A stretch of DNA of 63,932 nucleotides, counting the filler, from Collodictyon triciliatum (Eukaryota), in the NCBI GenBank assembly GCA_043381765.1. It is 9 parts of 9 records of this genome, joined end to end, with 100 filler letters (N's around TTAATTAATTAA, not from the genome) between each part and the next. Parts side by side here need not be neighbours in the genome. Positions count along the whole stretch, not along the records: positions 32,380 to 40,368 come from JBHJMP010003639.1; positions 40,469 to 48,456 come from JBHJMP010003640.1; positions 48,557 to 56,541 come from JBHJMP010003641.1; 6 more parts are not named here. One strand, written 5' to 3'. This document shows, one piece after another, positions 38,581 to 48,746 of the stretch; the stretch's first letter is position 1; every line of letters starts with the position of its first letter. The notes under the pieces were generated by a model. It made no database searches, was not told where the DNA came from, and saw only the letters and a program-made list of their open reading frames with translations. The position numbers were made by a program, and so were the translations under genes.

Positions 38581-38699
38581 GGCTGTTGGGTCTTTCCTGG
38601 CAGCCTTCATCACTACACGATCTTTTGTGAAAAAAGTGGTGAGACCTTGGATACTAGCACACCAAGTTTACCAGTCGAAAGATGATATACTCCTTTTAG
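38581..38699 (+). ncRNA. Putative Fanzor omegaRNA scaffold / element right end, copy 1
   Basis: Starts 8 nt after the Fanzor stop; several stems including a GAAA-capped terminal hairpin; ~85% identical (hand alignment) to 56746-56865. Confidence 0.65.
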
Positions 38700-39015
38700 C
38701 GTTTGAATAAAGCACTGAAAGAATGGAAAGATTAATCAAACCTGAGCAAAGACGAAGAATATAGGTATGTGGCAGACACAGGAAAGTTAACAAAGTCTGT
38801 AGAGCCAGAACTGTGCGACGAGAAAAAAAAATACAAGATAGGAGCGATGAAGAGAAAGTTGTGATCTGTGGATACACATCCTTTATCTTGTTCTACTCTA
38901 ATTTTTTTTTCTTTTTTGTTGGCTTTGGTTTTGGTTTTGGTTGTACGTCCGAAGCAACTTTAATCCTTAATGCTGAGACCCGCTGACTGTCGGTAATGTT
39001 CGCTTGGCAGGTAGA

Positions 39016-40368
39016 ATGTGTGACATATTCCGTCTCTGCTTTGGCGGCGATGACGACGAGAACGACGCATCTGCAAAAGAACCGACTGGCCCGAAGAAAG
39101 CGCCGCCACCTTCTGTGGAAATGAGTGAATACTGTATTGGTTGCAAAAAGGGCTTTTCAATCACCGTGCGTCGTCATGAATGCTCCAGCTGGTTAGTTCC
39201 ATTACTCAAAAGAGTCACTATCATATAAAAACTTTTATGTTTTCATGATCTTCTAGCTATTTATTTACTTTTAAATTTCTCATTTTTTTTATTATCTATC
39301 ACCCCTTTATTTGGTTATTTCTCAATATACTTTATTATTTTTCTATTTCTTGTAATGTTTTTTTTGTTTTTTTGTTTTTTTGTTTTTTTGTTTTTTTGTT
39401 TTTGTTTGTTTTTGTTTGTCTTAATCACGTCAAATCAAGGATTACAATATTGTAATTTCTCACAGCAACCGGGTTTATTGTGGAGACTGCATCTCAAGAA
39501 AGCAGGATTCTCTTCCGTGGGATAGCCCGCGAATGTGTATCTCGTGTGAAGAAAGCCAAAAGAAAACATTCAAAGACGATACGCGCATCCGACAATTTGA
39601 AGAGGATTATGCCTCATATCTCAAAACTGGTTTGACTCATGGACGCTTTTATTAAAAGTTGTATAATAAACGACAGAAAACGTGTATACTTCTATATATA
39701 TATATAGTATTCAACATTTTGCAGGTTTATTTTACCCCATGTTGGTATAATGAATTATTTTTTTTCAAAACAAACGAAGGCAAAGATATGACATGTCAAT
39801 AACACCTCCCCGTGTTACCGCAATGCAGGTGTTATATTCAAAAAGCACGGCACCACAGGTTTCCCTCACCGCAGATCTGTGCGGGTCAATGAGCAATACA
39901 GCAAAATCATATGGAGTGACCCGACAGCCGAGGAACAGCCCCGGGACATGGACCTTGCGGATTCAAAGATAGTACGAGGCAAGAGCACCGCAGTCATGAG
40001 AAAGACAGGAAAATGTAAGCCCTCATGGCTCATCTTTATCCACTTCTGAATATATATATATATATTCCTCTCTTTCTTTTTTTTTATAATTTGCATAGCT
40101 ACAAACTAGAGATATTGATGAATCTACATATGCAAAAAAAATAAAAAAATAAAGGAAATTTCATATGTGAAGTTAAACAAAAGGAAATTCACAGCTGTTC
40201 GGGATGAATGCTGCTTCTCAATTGTGGGGACACAGCGCACATTGGATTTGGAGGCAGACAGCGAAGTCCAGCGTGATCGATTCATTACAGCCATGGAAGA
40301 ATGTCTATGGGTTTCAACGGCCATCAAAAAGTCCACAGAGGCCCAGAAAAGAATCAAACAAGTGGAGG
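39016..40368 (+). CDS. FYVE-type zinc finger plus PH-domain protein, 3' partial
   Basis: CIGCKKGFSITVRRHECSSC|NRVYCGDC...RMCISC; PH: FKKHGTTGFPHRRSV...IIW...IVRGKST...CCFSIVGTQRTLDLEA...RDRF. Confidence 0.85.
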
Positions 40369-40468
40369 NNNNNNNNNNNNNNNNNNNNNNNNNNNNNNNN
40401 NNNNNNNNNNNNTTAATTAATTAANNNNNNNNNNNNNNNNNNNNNNNNNNNNNNNNNNNNNNNNNNNN

Positions 40469-40534
<66 letters not shown>

Positions 40535-40928
40535 ATTTTTCCAAGACACTTTGTGATTGTCTGTTCCTCCTTTCTTAACTTCACTCATCCCTGCTATACG
40601 GGCATCAACCATGAATTCGAAATGATAATGCTGATAAAAAAAAAAAAACCGGGAGTCAAACCCGAGAACCCCGAGAATCTGATGCGCGCCACGAGTGAGA
40701 AGGGACTAGCGCTAGAACATTGCGAGAGAAACAGATGAGAGTCATACGCAAACTCCACACTAATCACGTTGCATGCACGAGCATAATGACGATAAGGATT
40801 ATGACCTTATTTATTTTATTTTATTCTTTTGTTGGATTCATGTATTCTGATATTCGGCCAGAAACCCGGGAAAAAGCGATGCGTCCAGCTTGAAAAAAAC
40901 CCGAGAGAAAGCATAACCAACATGTTGA

Positions 40929-43900
40929 TTATAAGACCGCACCAGGCTGACTTCTTCTTTTGCCTCCCTTGAATCTATTTTTGGTTCTCCATTCATCGGC
41001 TTTCTGTGCATTTTTTTCCACAACCCACCCGTTTTCATAGCAATCTGCGAGAATAGGGAACACAATCGAGTACTTGTAAAAGACGTCATAGTATTCGATC
41101 TCTTTCCCTGACAATATGCGAGACTCAACATATTCTTCCTTAATGATATCGGCCATTTCTTTCAAAACGTCGAAAGCTTCCTTAGAACCTTGCTGTGCGA
41201 GCTTTCTCAATTTTTCAAAGTTTTCAGCTTTACCGAATAGTCTAATGGCCTTTTTGATATCCTTTTCAACACCCCATCCGTTGGCATAGCATTCAGAAAC
41301 AACGGAAAATGCTTGGGGGTATTTGAGATTTTCATTATCCATGATCTCGGCCGTCTCCTTCAAAATTTTGAACGCCTCCTTTGAGCCTTGCTGAGCAAGA
41401 TTCTTTAGCTTTCCAAACTTTTCGGCTTTACCAAACAGTTTCATGGCATTATCAGGGCTCTTTTCAACGCCCCAGCCATTTTCAATGCATTCAACCATCA
41501 TCTGAGCTTGGAATTTGGTATATCTTTCACCGCCGCAGTATTTCACAAAGTCCTCATCAAAAGAAACGGCACCCTCTTGCAAGAAAAATTGCTTGTTAAA
41601 CTGACTTAGGCCCTTGGCATTCTTGATTCGTATATCACCACCTTTTAGCTTTCTTGGACCAACGATGCGTATTGTCATCAAAATGGCAGTTTTGCTGATT
41701 TCAATCAAATTCATCGCGTCACTCGCTTTGTTGAAAACTGCCAAAATAACATCGGGTCTATCTTTTCTAAAGAGGCAGTTGCTTTTGTTGTACATCAATT
41801 CGGTTTTTTGTAGCTCGTGTATCTGATCCCCAGAGGCCACATCCCAAATCCTCATCGTTCCATCTTCGCCTCCAGATGCTAGCCAATTCTCTCCATTAGG
41901 CCCTTGAATTCCGCATACACTTGTTACTCTGCGACTATGGCATTGCAATACTTTGACCTGGTTGCCAGAGTTTACATCCCAAACGCATACAGTTCTGTCG
42001 CTACTTCCAGATGCTAACCAGCTCTCCCCTTTTGGCCCTTGGACACTACAAATACACGTGACAGCGTTCTTGTGCCCTTCCAGTACCTTGATTTGGTCTC
42101 CTGTTGATAGATCCCAGATGCGAACTGTTTTATCCGTGCTTCCAGATGCCAACCAGTTTTCACCCTTTGGACTTTTGACGCCGCAAACGCCGTTGACTGA
42201 GTTTGTGTGTCCCTCCAGGATGGCTATTTCATTTCCTGTCGCTATATCCCAGATACCAATCGTTTTATCACTACCCCCCGACACCAGCCAATTTTCACCG
42301 TTTGGTCCTTGAATTCCAGAAACATCATTCACGCTGCCAGAGTGGCCCTGCAAGGTTCTTATCTCATTCGCAGTATCCAAATCCCACACACTTATTATTG
42401 TTTTGCTACTGCCTAATGCCATCCATTTCTCTCCATTTCTTCCATTAATGCTGCCTATGCATGTGACAGACTCTGTGCATCCCCCAAATATTTCGACGGG
42501 ACTTTCTGAAGACAGTTCAGAAATTCGTATTGACCTATCCAGGGCTCCAGATATTATCCAGCTCTCACCGTTGGGTCCTCTTGTGCTGCAGAGGCTCTTG
42601 ACGGCAGATGAGTGACCTTCTGTACATATGATTTCGTTCCCAGTATCCAAATCCCAAACGCGGATCACTTTTTCGGCGCTCCCGCCCAACCATCTTTCGC
42701 CATTGGGGCCCTGGATGTTGCAAACAGTTCTGACCCAGTCGGTGTGACCGTGGAAAATCTTAATTTGATTTCCTGTGAAAAGATCCCATGTGCGGAGGGT
42801 TCTATCGCTGCTACCTGATGCCAACCAATTTTCGCCGTTGGGACCTGTAATAGCACAAACCCCGTTGATACCACCGGTATGGCCCTCCAATACTCTGATT
42901 TCTCTCCCCGTGGCTACATCCCAAATTCGAATTGTTTTATCATCACTCCCAGATGCCAGCCAGCTTTCGCCACTAGGTCCCTGAATACTAAATATGCTCA
43001 ATACCCAATTTTTATGGCCCTCTAGGACTCGGAGCTGGACTGCGTTTGATAAGTCCCATATTCGAATTGTATTGTCGTTACTTCCAGAGGCCAGCCAATT
43101 TTCCCCATTCGGTCTTTTAATAAAGCAAACACTTCTAATCCAGTCTCCATGTCCCTCAAATTTCCTAACCTGGTTACCAGTGGCTATATCCCAAACACGT
43201 ACAGTTTTATCATCACTTCCAGAGGCCACCCACTTTTCGCCGTTTGGTCCTTGAAGACTGCAAACGCTGTTTATACCTCCTGTGTGTCCCTCAAACATTC
43301 TGATTTGGGCCCCCGTGGCTATGTCCCACACCCGCACTGTTTTGTCATTGCTTCCAGAGGCCACATAATATTCACCATGAAGACCCTCAGCCGTGCAAAC
43401 ACTGGTGATTGTATTTGTATGGCTCAGCAATGTTTTGAGCTGGTTTCCGGTGGCCAGATCCCAGATACCGATGGTTTTATCATCACATCCAGATACTAAC
43501 CAACTTTCACCATTGGGCCCCTGGATGGCGCAAATATTATTGATACCTCCTTCATGGCCTTCAAAAAGTTTGATTTGATTGCTGGTGGCCAAATCCCAAA
43601 CTCTTATTGTTCTGTCGCCACTCCCTGAAGCCAACCAACTTTCACCATTGGGACCTTGAATTCCATACATGCTGCGTATCCAATCTGTGTGGCCTCTGAG
43701 TAGTTTTATTTGGTTTCCAGAGGTTAGGTCCCAGATTCGAATTGTTCTATCATTGCCTCCAGACGCCAACCAATTTTCCTCATTGGGTCCTTGGACGCTG
43801 CAAACAGCTCTTATCCAGTCTGTGTGTCCATTCAATACCATGACCTGTGATCCAGTGGCAATATTCCAGATTCGAACGGTTTTATCATCGCTGCCTGACG

Positions 43901-46900
43901 CCAACCAGTTCTCACCCTTAGGCCCTTGAATACGGCACACCTCATTCACACCATCTGTATGACCCTCCAAGGTCTTGATTTGCTTTCCAGCAACAACGTC
44001 CCAAATGCGTATTGTTTTATCTTCACTTGCTGATGCCAACCAAGTTTCGCCGTTCGGTCCTTGGACACTACAGATACTGAATATCCAGTTGGTGTGTCCT
44101 TCCAATACTTTAATTTGATCTCCGGTGGTTGAATCCCAGACACGTATTGTTTTATCCTTACTCGCAGATACCAACCATTTTTCACCCTTAGGTCCTTGAA
44201 TACTGCAGATGCTTACGATGGTGGCCTTATGACCGGTCATAACCCTAATGTAGTTTCCGGTGGAGACATTCCATATACGAACCGTATTATCGTTGCTTCC
44301 GGACGCGAGCCAATTCTCTCCATTAGGTCCCTGGATACTACAAACGCAAGCCACCTTGTCCGTGTGTCCCAAAAACAACGGTAGGCGACCGAAATTGACG
44401 TCTTTCATATTTGCGCCGTTAAAGATACAGTTTCCCAGAAAAGTCCCATCGAACAACACACCCTCCAGATTTGCACCGGTGAAGTCTGCACCATCAACAA
44501 CGGATTGAGAGAGATCAGCATTTGGAATCTGGATGCCTCGGAAGTTCATTCCACTGAAGGAGACATCCGCATAATTTAAAATTGTGATGGCATTGGAGGC
44601 TGCTTGTGCCTTGCTTGCATCTGTCTTGGATAGTTCGATAATTGCGAATAGATTGTCTAGGTAGCCCTGATCTCTATTCACTTTTTCGCTGAGATTGATG
44701 AGAATAACAGGCTCCAGTTTTCTATCGAGAGCACCAGTTTTGATAATCTTCGTTTTCACCAAAGACTGGGCACGCTGGGTTCTTTGAGATGTTTTTTGCC
44801 CAGAAGAGTGGTCCAATGAAGTTGACAGCGACAGAGAGGCAACAGCACCTTTTTCGTCCGACGTCTGCCTTTGTTCTTCAGGTTCTGATGCTGTCAGATT
44901 GATTTCATCTTTGATATACTCTGCAGCAAAGAATTCATAGAGGGATTTGTGAAAGAACTCGTATGTTGTCGCACTAGATTTCTTTATGGGTGCGCAGCGC
45001 AGAACAAAGACAGAGTAAGAGGGATCACCATCTGGAAGCTTGTGGTCAGGGTTTGTATTGAAAAATTTGGCATATTCTGGGTTTCTTGACGGTTTGCCCT
45101 CTATTTTTTCATACTCTAACGCCGATATACCATTTTGACACATCTCCTGGGCCATGTCTTTGCATTTATTCCAAAGAAGCTCGTGCAAATCCTCCGGCAT
45201 TCGCTGCTTTAAAGAAAGAGTTAACTCTAGTTTTTCCTTTTCGCGTTCGAACCATGTCCTTGAGAATTTGTCCAAAAAGTCAGTTCTCATCATTTTTGCT
45301 TCTTCCTTGGACTTTGATGGGTCTCCTCGTTCCTTGCATAAAGTAGGAAGTGTGGTAGCCGCCATGAAAATCATAAAAGGAGTGACGGCCAACTCTCGCA
45401 ATTCTTTAATCTTGTTTAATTCTTCCTCGTATCTGGAGCCATTTTCCCACCCCTCCATGGGATTCAACTGGGAGAATTTGTTAAAGTAATCCAACCTTTG
45501 CTTGGGCTCGAATGGTCTCAAATAGATTTCATCCAGAGAATGGCCCTGCTCACCTTTGGGCAGGAATAGTGTTTGATGGTTGGGCTTTCTATCCAAAAAT
45601 TGCTTACGGCACCCAAACACAAACTTGCAGTTGGGCCATTCTTGAAGCTTGTTTGAGACAAAAAATGATGTGTTTTTGTCTTCTATCTCGTCGTAGCCGT
45701 CCAGGAAAAAAACAAAGGACGCCTTCTTCAGCTCCTTAATTTGGTCCTTCCTGAAATCGCAGTCTGGAATGTAAATGCTGTTTTTGCTCTCTGATAAAAG
45801 CAACTCTTCAATTGCATTCTCTCTGGGCTTTTCCAACGAGGTTAAAGAAACATATAATGCAATATATCCTTTCCCGTATTCATACTTTTCCCACAATGAA
45901 CGGACCACGCATTGTTGCAAGAGAGATTTTCCAGAGCCGGAATCTCCAAGTACGAGAAGTACTCTAGCTTTCGACGAAGTTATGAATTTGATAATGTAAT
46001 CCTGAGCATCAAACACTTTTCCTTTCTCTGCAATCCTTTCCGCTTGTCCAGATATGTATGTGCTGAATCGGTTTTTGAATTCTTCATTGCGAACTGTCTC
46101 CTCTTTAATGGTTTCGACTATGTCTTGGATGGTTCTTTCGTCTCTTCCTGCTTTCTCAAAGAGAATAGTAGGTAGGGCCAAGCTCTCTGGTACGAATGCA
46201 GCCATTTCAATCTTCTTTTGCTTCACAAAGAAATCGATCTCTTCGCTTTTTGACCATTTATTGTGGGTAGAGATGAAATTCATCAAATCAAACACCTTAC
46301 GACGCTCTGAACCGGTATAAGTGTACTTGAAGCGCTCATAAATCGAGTCGATAATGAGGAAAGCCAATGTCTCACTGACATTGTCCGATTTTGGCTTAAA
46401 TTGCAAGTCCCAGACCTTGATAGCCTCGTCGATGTTCGCAGATAAGCTGACACGGAAAACCTGATAAAAGGTGAACCAGTTCTTTTTAATTTCAATTTCA
46501 CTGACAGCAGAGACAACCTCTTGTAAAGCTGACAGTGTCCCCAGTATGTCGAAGGAAAAGGCAGCGGATGCAGCATTGAACAGACCAAGACTGACCTTAC
46601 CAGCAATTTTGAGGTTTTTTACTAACGGATTTTGGTCATCCCCAATGTTTTTCAGGAGCTCGCAAAATAGAGACTTTTTGGCTTGTACGTATTTAATTTG
46701 GGCCTTGTTGGCGATGCTCTCTCCACGAGTCTCTATTTTCTTGTCAACCCAGTTTTGACTAAAGGTTTCCATGTATGACTTATATGTTTCCTCGGGGATG
46801 CCAGATGCACCAGAGATATACAACGCATTCAGAATTGCATTCAGACTATCCAGTATTTTTTGGCACAGGGCTTCGTCACTTGAGAAAAGTGTTCCAACAC

Positions 46901-48209
46901 GTTCAATTAAAATATCAACAACTTTGGCCAATAAGGTCTGGTCAAAGTCATCTTTGAGTGTGTTTGTCACAACGACTTGCAGGGCGTTTAGCAGACGGTC
47001 CAATTTTTCCATACCTTTTTGCATTTTGTCGCCGACAGCAGTGATGAGCTTTTCTGATATAAGTTTGTCTCCGGCAGGAGCCAATGCTGTAAGCTCTTTA
47101 AGATTATCCTCGTCTGCGGTGGGCTCCTTCATAAAAAGCTTGATAATACGTATGGCTCTTTTCTTCTCTGAACCAGTTCCACTCTGTTGGTCTCTTTGTT
47201 CGCATATGGTCATAGCAAGGTGCGATGCATTGATTGGTGTCTCCTTGAATTCCAGAATCCCAGACTTCCAATCAGAAAACACAGGGCCAGAGTGAGCCGC
47301 CGATGCTTGACTTTCAGAATAGGGAGCTTGTTGCTGATTAGTCTGGGCAAACGTCACATTTTTTCTCGTTTCGGATCCAGAGGAAGTGGCCATTGGATTT
47401 GTTGCTAGGCCACGGGGAACTCCGGCAGAAACAGTTTCGTGAGGGGATGTCGAAACCGGAGTGGCTAAATTTGATGTGTTCTGCGAGGAGCCTGGCGTAT
47501 TCAATGCCATAGATGAAGTAGCAGGTTGAAGAGGAGACCCATGGTGTGGGCCGGGTGTAAAGTTGGCTTGTGGTATGGTGCCTGCGTGTGTAGGTGAAAA
47601 CATCTGATTAGGAGACATGAACGTAGCTTGTGGTGTACTAGCTCGGACCAACGAGTCAATCACGTAACCATTTTGTTCGGATGGTGGTAATCGAGACACT
47701 TGGTCTATAACACTTTGAATGAATTTCTGCTTGGAATCATTCTGTTCACGGACGTTTTCGGTTTGGATAGAAGCCTGCCTTTCAGCAATCGCAGCTTGCT
47801 TTTCAGCGTAAGAAATATGTAGCGAAATGAGTTTTTCTAAGATTCGAATATCATCTTCCTTTGTAGAACTGTGGAGTAACTGGGATGCTAACACTTGCGT
47901 TAATTGCATGGACATGGCAGCCATGTTGAATCCTGGAGGCGAGCCAGATCCAGCAGCTTCATATGCTTCGTTCATCTTGGACAGGATTTCAAGGATATCA
48001 AGTGGTGTATCCTGGGAGGCATTGGGTGCTCTCCTGGGGGTGGTATTCGTTCGAGACATTCGAGATGATGAATTGCCTCCTCCTCCTCTCAAGACTAGGC
48101 GTACCTGAGGAGTTCCTTCCGTGTTGGGATTAACACTAAAGGATTCAGCATAGAACTTGTCTTTCAGGATGGATGGGTCAATATTCGGGGGGACAATTGT
48201 TCCAGCCAC
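40929..48209 (-). CDS. NLR-like STAND protein: helical N-terminus, NACHT, pentapeptide repeats, 19 WD40 repeats, Sel1-like repeats; true start uncertain
   Basis: 2426-codon uninterrupted frame; Walker A GDSGSGKS, Walker B FFLDGYDEI, TPFM, FFHKSLYEFFAA; pentapeptides ADLSQ/ADFTG/ANLEG; 45-aa GH...WD repeats; C-terminal CYENGWGVEK repeats. Confidence 0.93.
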   Translation of the reverse strand: MAGTIVPPNIDPSILKDKFYAESFSVNPNTEGTPQVRLVLRGGGGNSSSRMSRTNTTPRRAPNASQDTPLDILEILSKMNEAYEAAGSGSPPGFNMAAMSMQLTQVLASQLLHSSTKEDDIRILEKLISLHISYAEKQAAIAERQASIQTENVREQNDSKQKFIQSVIDQVSRLPPSEQNGYVIDSLVRASTPQATFMSPNQMFSPTHAGTIPQANFTPGPHHGSPLQPATSSMALNTPGSSQNTSNLATPVSTSPHETVSAGVPRGLATNPMATSSGSETRKNVTFAQTNQQQAPYSESQASAAHSGPVFSDWKSGILEFKETPINASHLAMTICEQRDQQSGTGSEKKRAIRIIKLFMKEPTADEDNLKELTALAPAGDKLISEKLITAVGDKMQKGMEKLDRLLNALQVVVTNTLKDDFDQTLLAKVVDILIERVGTLFSSDEALCQKILDSLNAILNALYISGASGIPEETYKSYMETFSQNWVDKKIETRGESIANKAQIKYVQAKKSLFCELLKNIGDDQNPLVKNLKIAGKVSLGLFNAASAAFSFDILGTLSALQEVVSAVSEIEIKKNWFTFYQVFRVSLSANIDEAIKVWDLQFKPKSDNVSETLAFLIIDSIYERFKYTYTGSERRKVFDLMNFISTHNKWSKSEEIDFFVKQKKIEMAAFVPESLALPTILFEKAGRDERTIQDIVETIKEETVRNEEFKNRFSTYISGQAERIAEKGKVFDAQDYIIKFITSSKARVLLVLGDSGSGKSLLQQCVVRSLWEKYEYGKGYIALYVSLTSLEKPRENAIEELLLSESKNSIYIPDCDFRKDQIKELKKASFVFFLDGYDEIEDKNTSFFVSNKLQEWPNCKFVFGCRKQFLDRKPNHQTLFLPKGEQGHSLDEIYLRPFEPKQRLDYFNKFSQLNPMEGWENGSRYEEELNKIKELRELAVTPFMIFMAATTLPTLCKERGDPSKSKEEAKMMRTDFLDKFSRTWFEREKEKLELTLSLKQRMPEDLHELLWNKCKDMAQEMCQNGISALEYEKIEGKPSRNPEYAKFFNTNPDHKLPDGDPSYSVFVLRCAPIKKSSATTYEFFHKSLYEFFAAEYIKDEINLTASEPEEQRQTSDEKGAVASLSLSTSLDHSSGQKTSQRTQRAQSLVKTKIIKTGALDRKLEPVILINLSEKVNRDQGYLDNLFAIIELSKTDASKAQAASNAITILNYADVSFSGMNFRGIQIPNADLSQSVVDGADFTGANLEGVLFDGTFLGNCIFNGANMKDVNFGRLPLFLGHTDKVACVCSIQGPNGENWLASGSNDNTVRIWNVSTGNYIRVMTGHKATIVSICSIQGPKGEKWLVSASKDKTIRVWDSTTGDQIKVLEGHTNWIFSICSVQGPNGETWLASASEDKTIRIWDVVAGKQIKTLEGHTDGVNEVCRIQGPKGENWLASGSDDKTVRIWNIATGSQVMVLNGHTDWIRAVCSVQGPNEENWLASGGNDRTIRIWDLTSGNQIKLLRGHTDWIRSMYGIQGPNGESWLASGSGDRTIRVWDLATSNQIKLFEGHEGGINNICAIQGPNGESWLVSGCDDKTIGIWDLATGNQLKTLLSHTNTITSVCTAEGLHGEYYVASGSNDKTVRVWDIATGAQIRMFEGHTGGINSVCSLQGPNGEKWVASGSDDKTVRVWDIATGNQVRKFEGHGDWIRSVCFIKRPNGENWLASGSNDNTIRIWDLSNAVQLRVLEGHKNWVLSIFSIQGPSGESWLASGSDDKTIRIWDVATGREIRVLEGHTGGINGVCAITGPNGENWLASGSSDRTLRTWDLFTGNQIKIFHGHTDWVRTVCNIQGPNGERWLGGSAEKVIRVWDLDTGNEIICTEGHSSAVKSLCSTRGPNGESWIISGALDRSIRISELSSESPVEIFGGCTESVTCIGSINGRNGEKWMALGSSKTIISVWDLDTANEIRTLQGHSGSVNDVSGIQGPNGENWLVSGGSDKTIGIWDIATGNEIAILEGHTNSVNGVCGVKSPKGENWLASGSTDKTVRIWDLSTGDQIKVLEGHKNAVTCICSVQGPKGESWLASGSSDRTVCVWDVNSGNQVKVLQCHSRRVTSVCGIQGPNGENWLASGGEDGTMRIWDVASGDQIHELQKTELMYNKSNCLFRKDRPDVILAVFNKASDAMNLIEISKTAILMTIRIVGPRKLKGGDIRIKNAKGLSQFNKQFFLQEGAVSFDEDFVKYCGGERYTKFQAQMMVECIENGWGVEKSPDNAMKLFGKAEKFGKLKNLAQQGSKEAFKILKETAEIMDNENLKYPQAFSVVSECYANGWGVEKDIKKAIRLFGKAENFEKLRKLAQQGSKEAFDVLKEMADIIKEEYVESRILSGKEIEYYDVFYKYSIVFPILADCYENGWVVEKNAQKADEWRTKNRFKGGKRRSQPGAVL

Positions 48210-48557
48210 ACATCCACACTCGTATTTCTCAGGTGTAGGCGGTTGGGTGTCTTTTTTTTTTTTTGTTTCAATTTTTTTTAAAAAGAAAAAAAAGGAATTG
48301 TGTTTGCGTCAGTTAAATTATTTTTTAAAAAAATAAAGTTCTTGTTTGTTATATATAAGCGAAATAAAAAAATCACTGTGATGATAAGAGGATAAATTGG
48401 CCATTGTTAATAGTAGTGGTTTTTTTTTTTAAAAAAAAAAAAAGGGAATTAGGGGGNNNNNNNNNNNNNNNNNNNNNNNNNNNNNNNNNNNNNNNNNNNN
48501 TTAATTAATTAANNNNNNNNNNNNNNNNNNNNNNNNNNNNNNNNNNNNNNNNNNNNT

Positions 48558-48656
<99 letters not shown>

Positions 48657-48746
48657 CTGTTCTGGAAAAGCACGTCAATTGAAGAGGGCACAATACATAT
48701 TTCTTCAAGTCAACCATTTTTTAAATGGCCCTTTTGGGGTGTTCAG

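Noticed and set aside
41840-44372. 135-bp periodic repeats as a repeat-spacer array
   Set aside because: Fully explained by coding WD40 repeats
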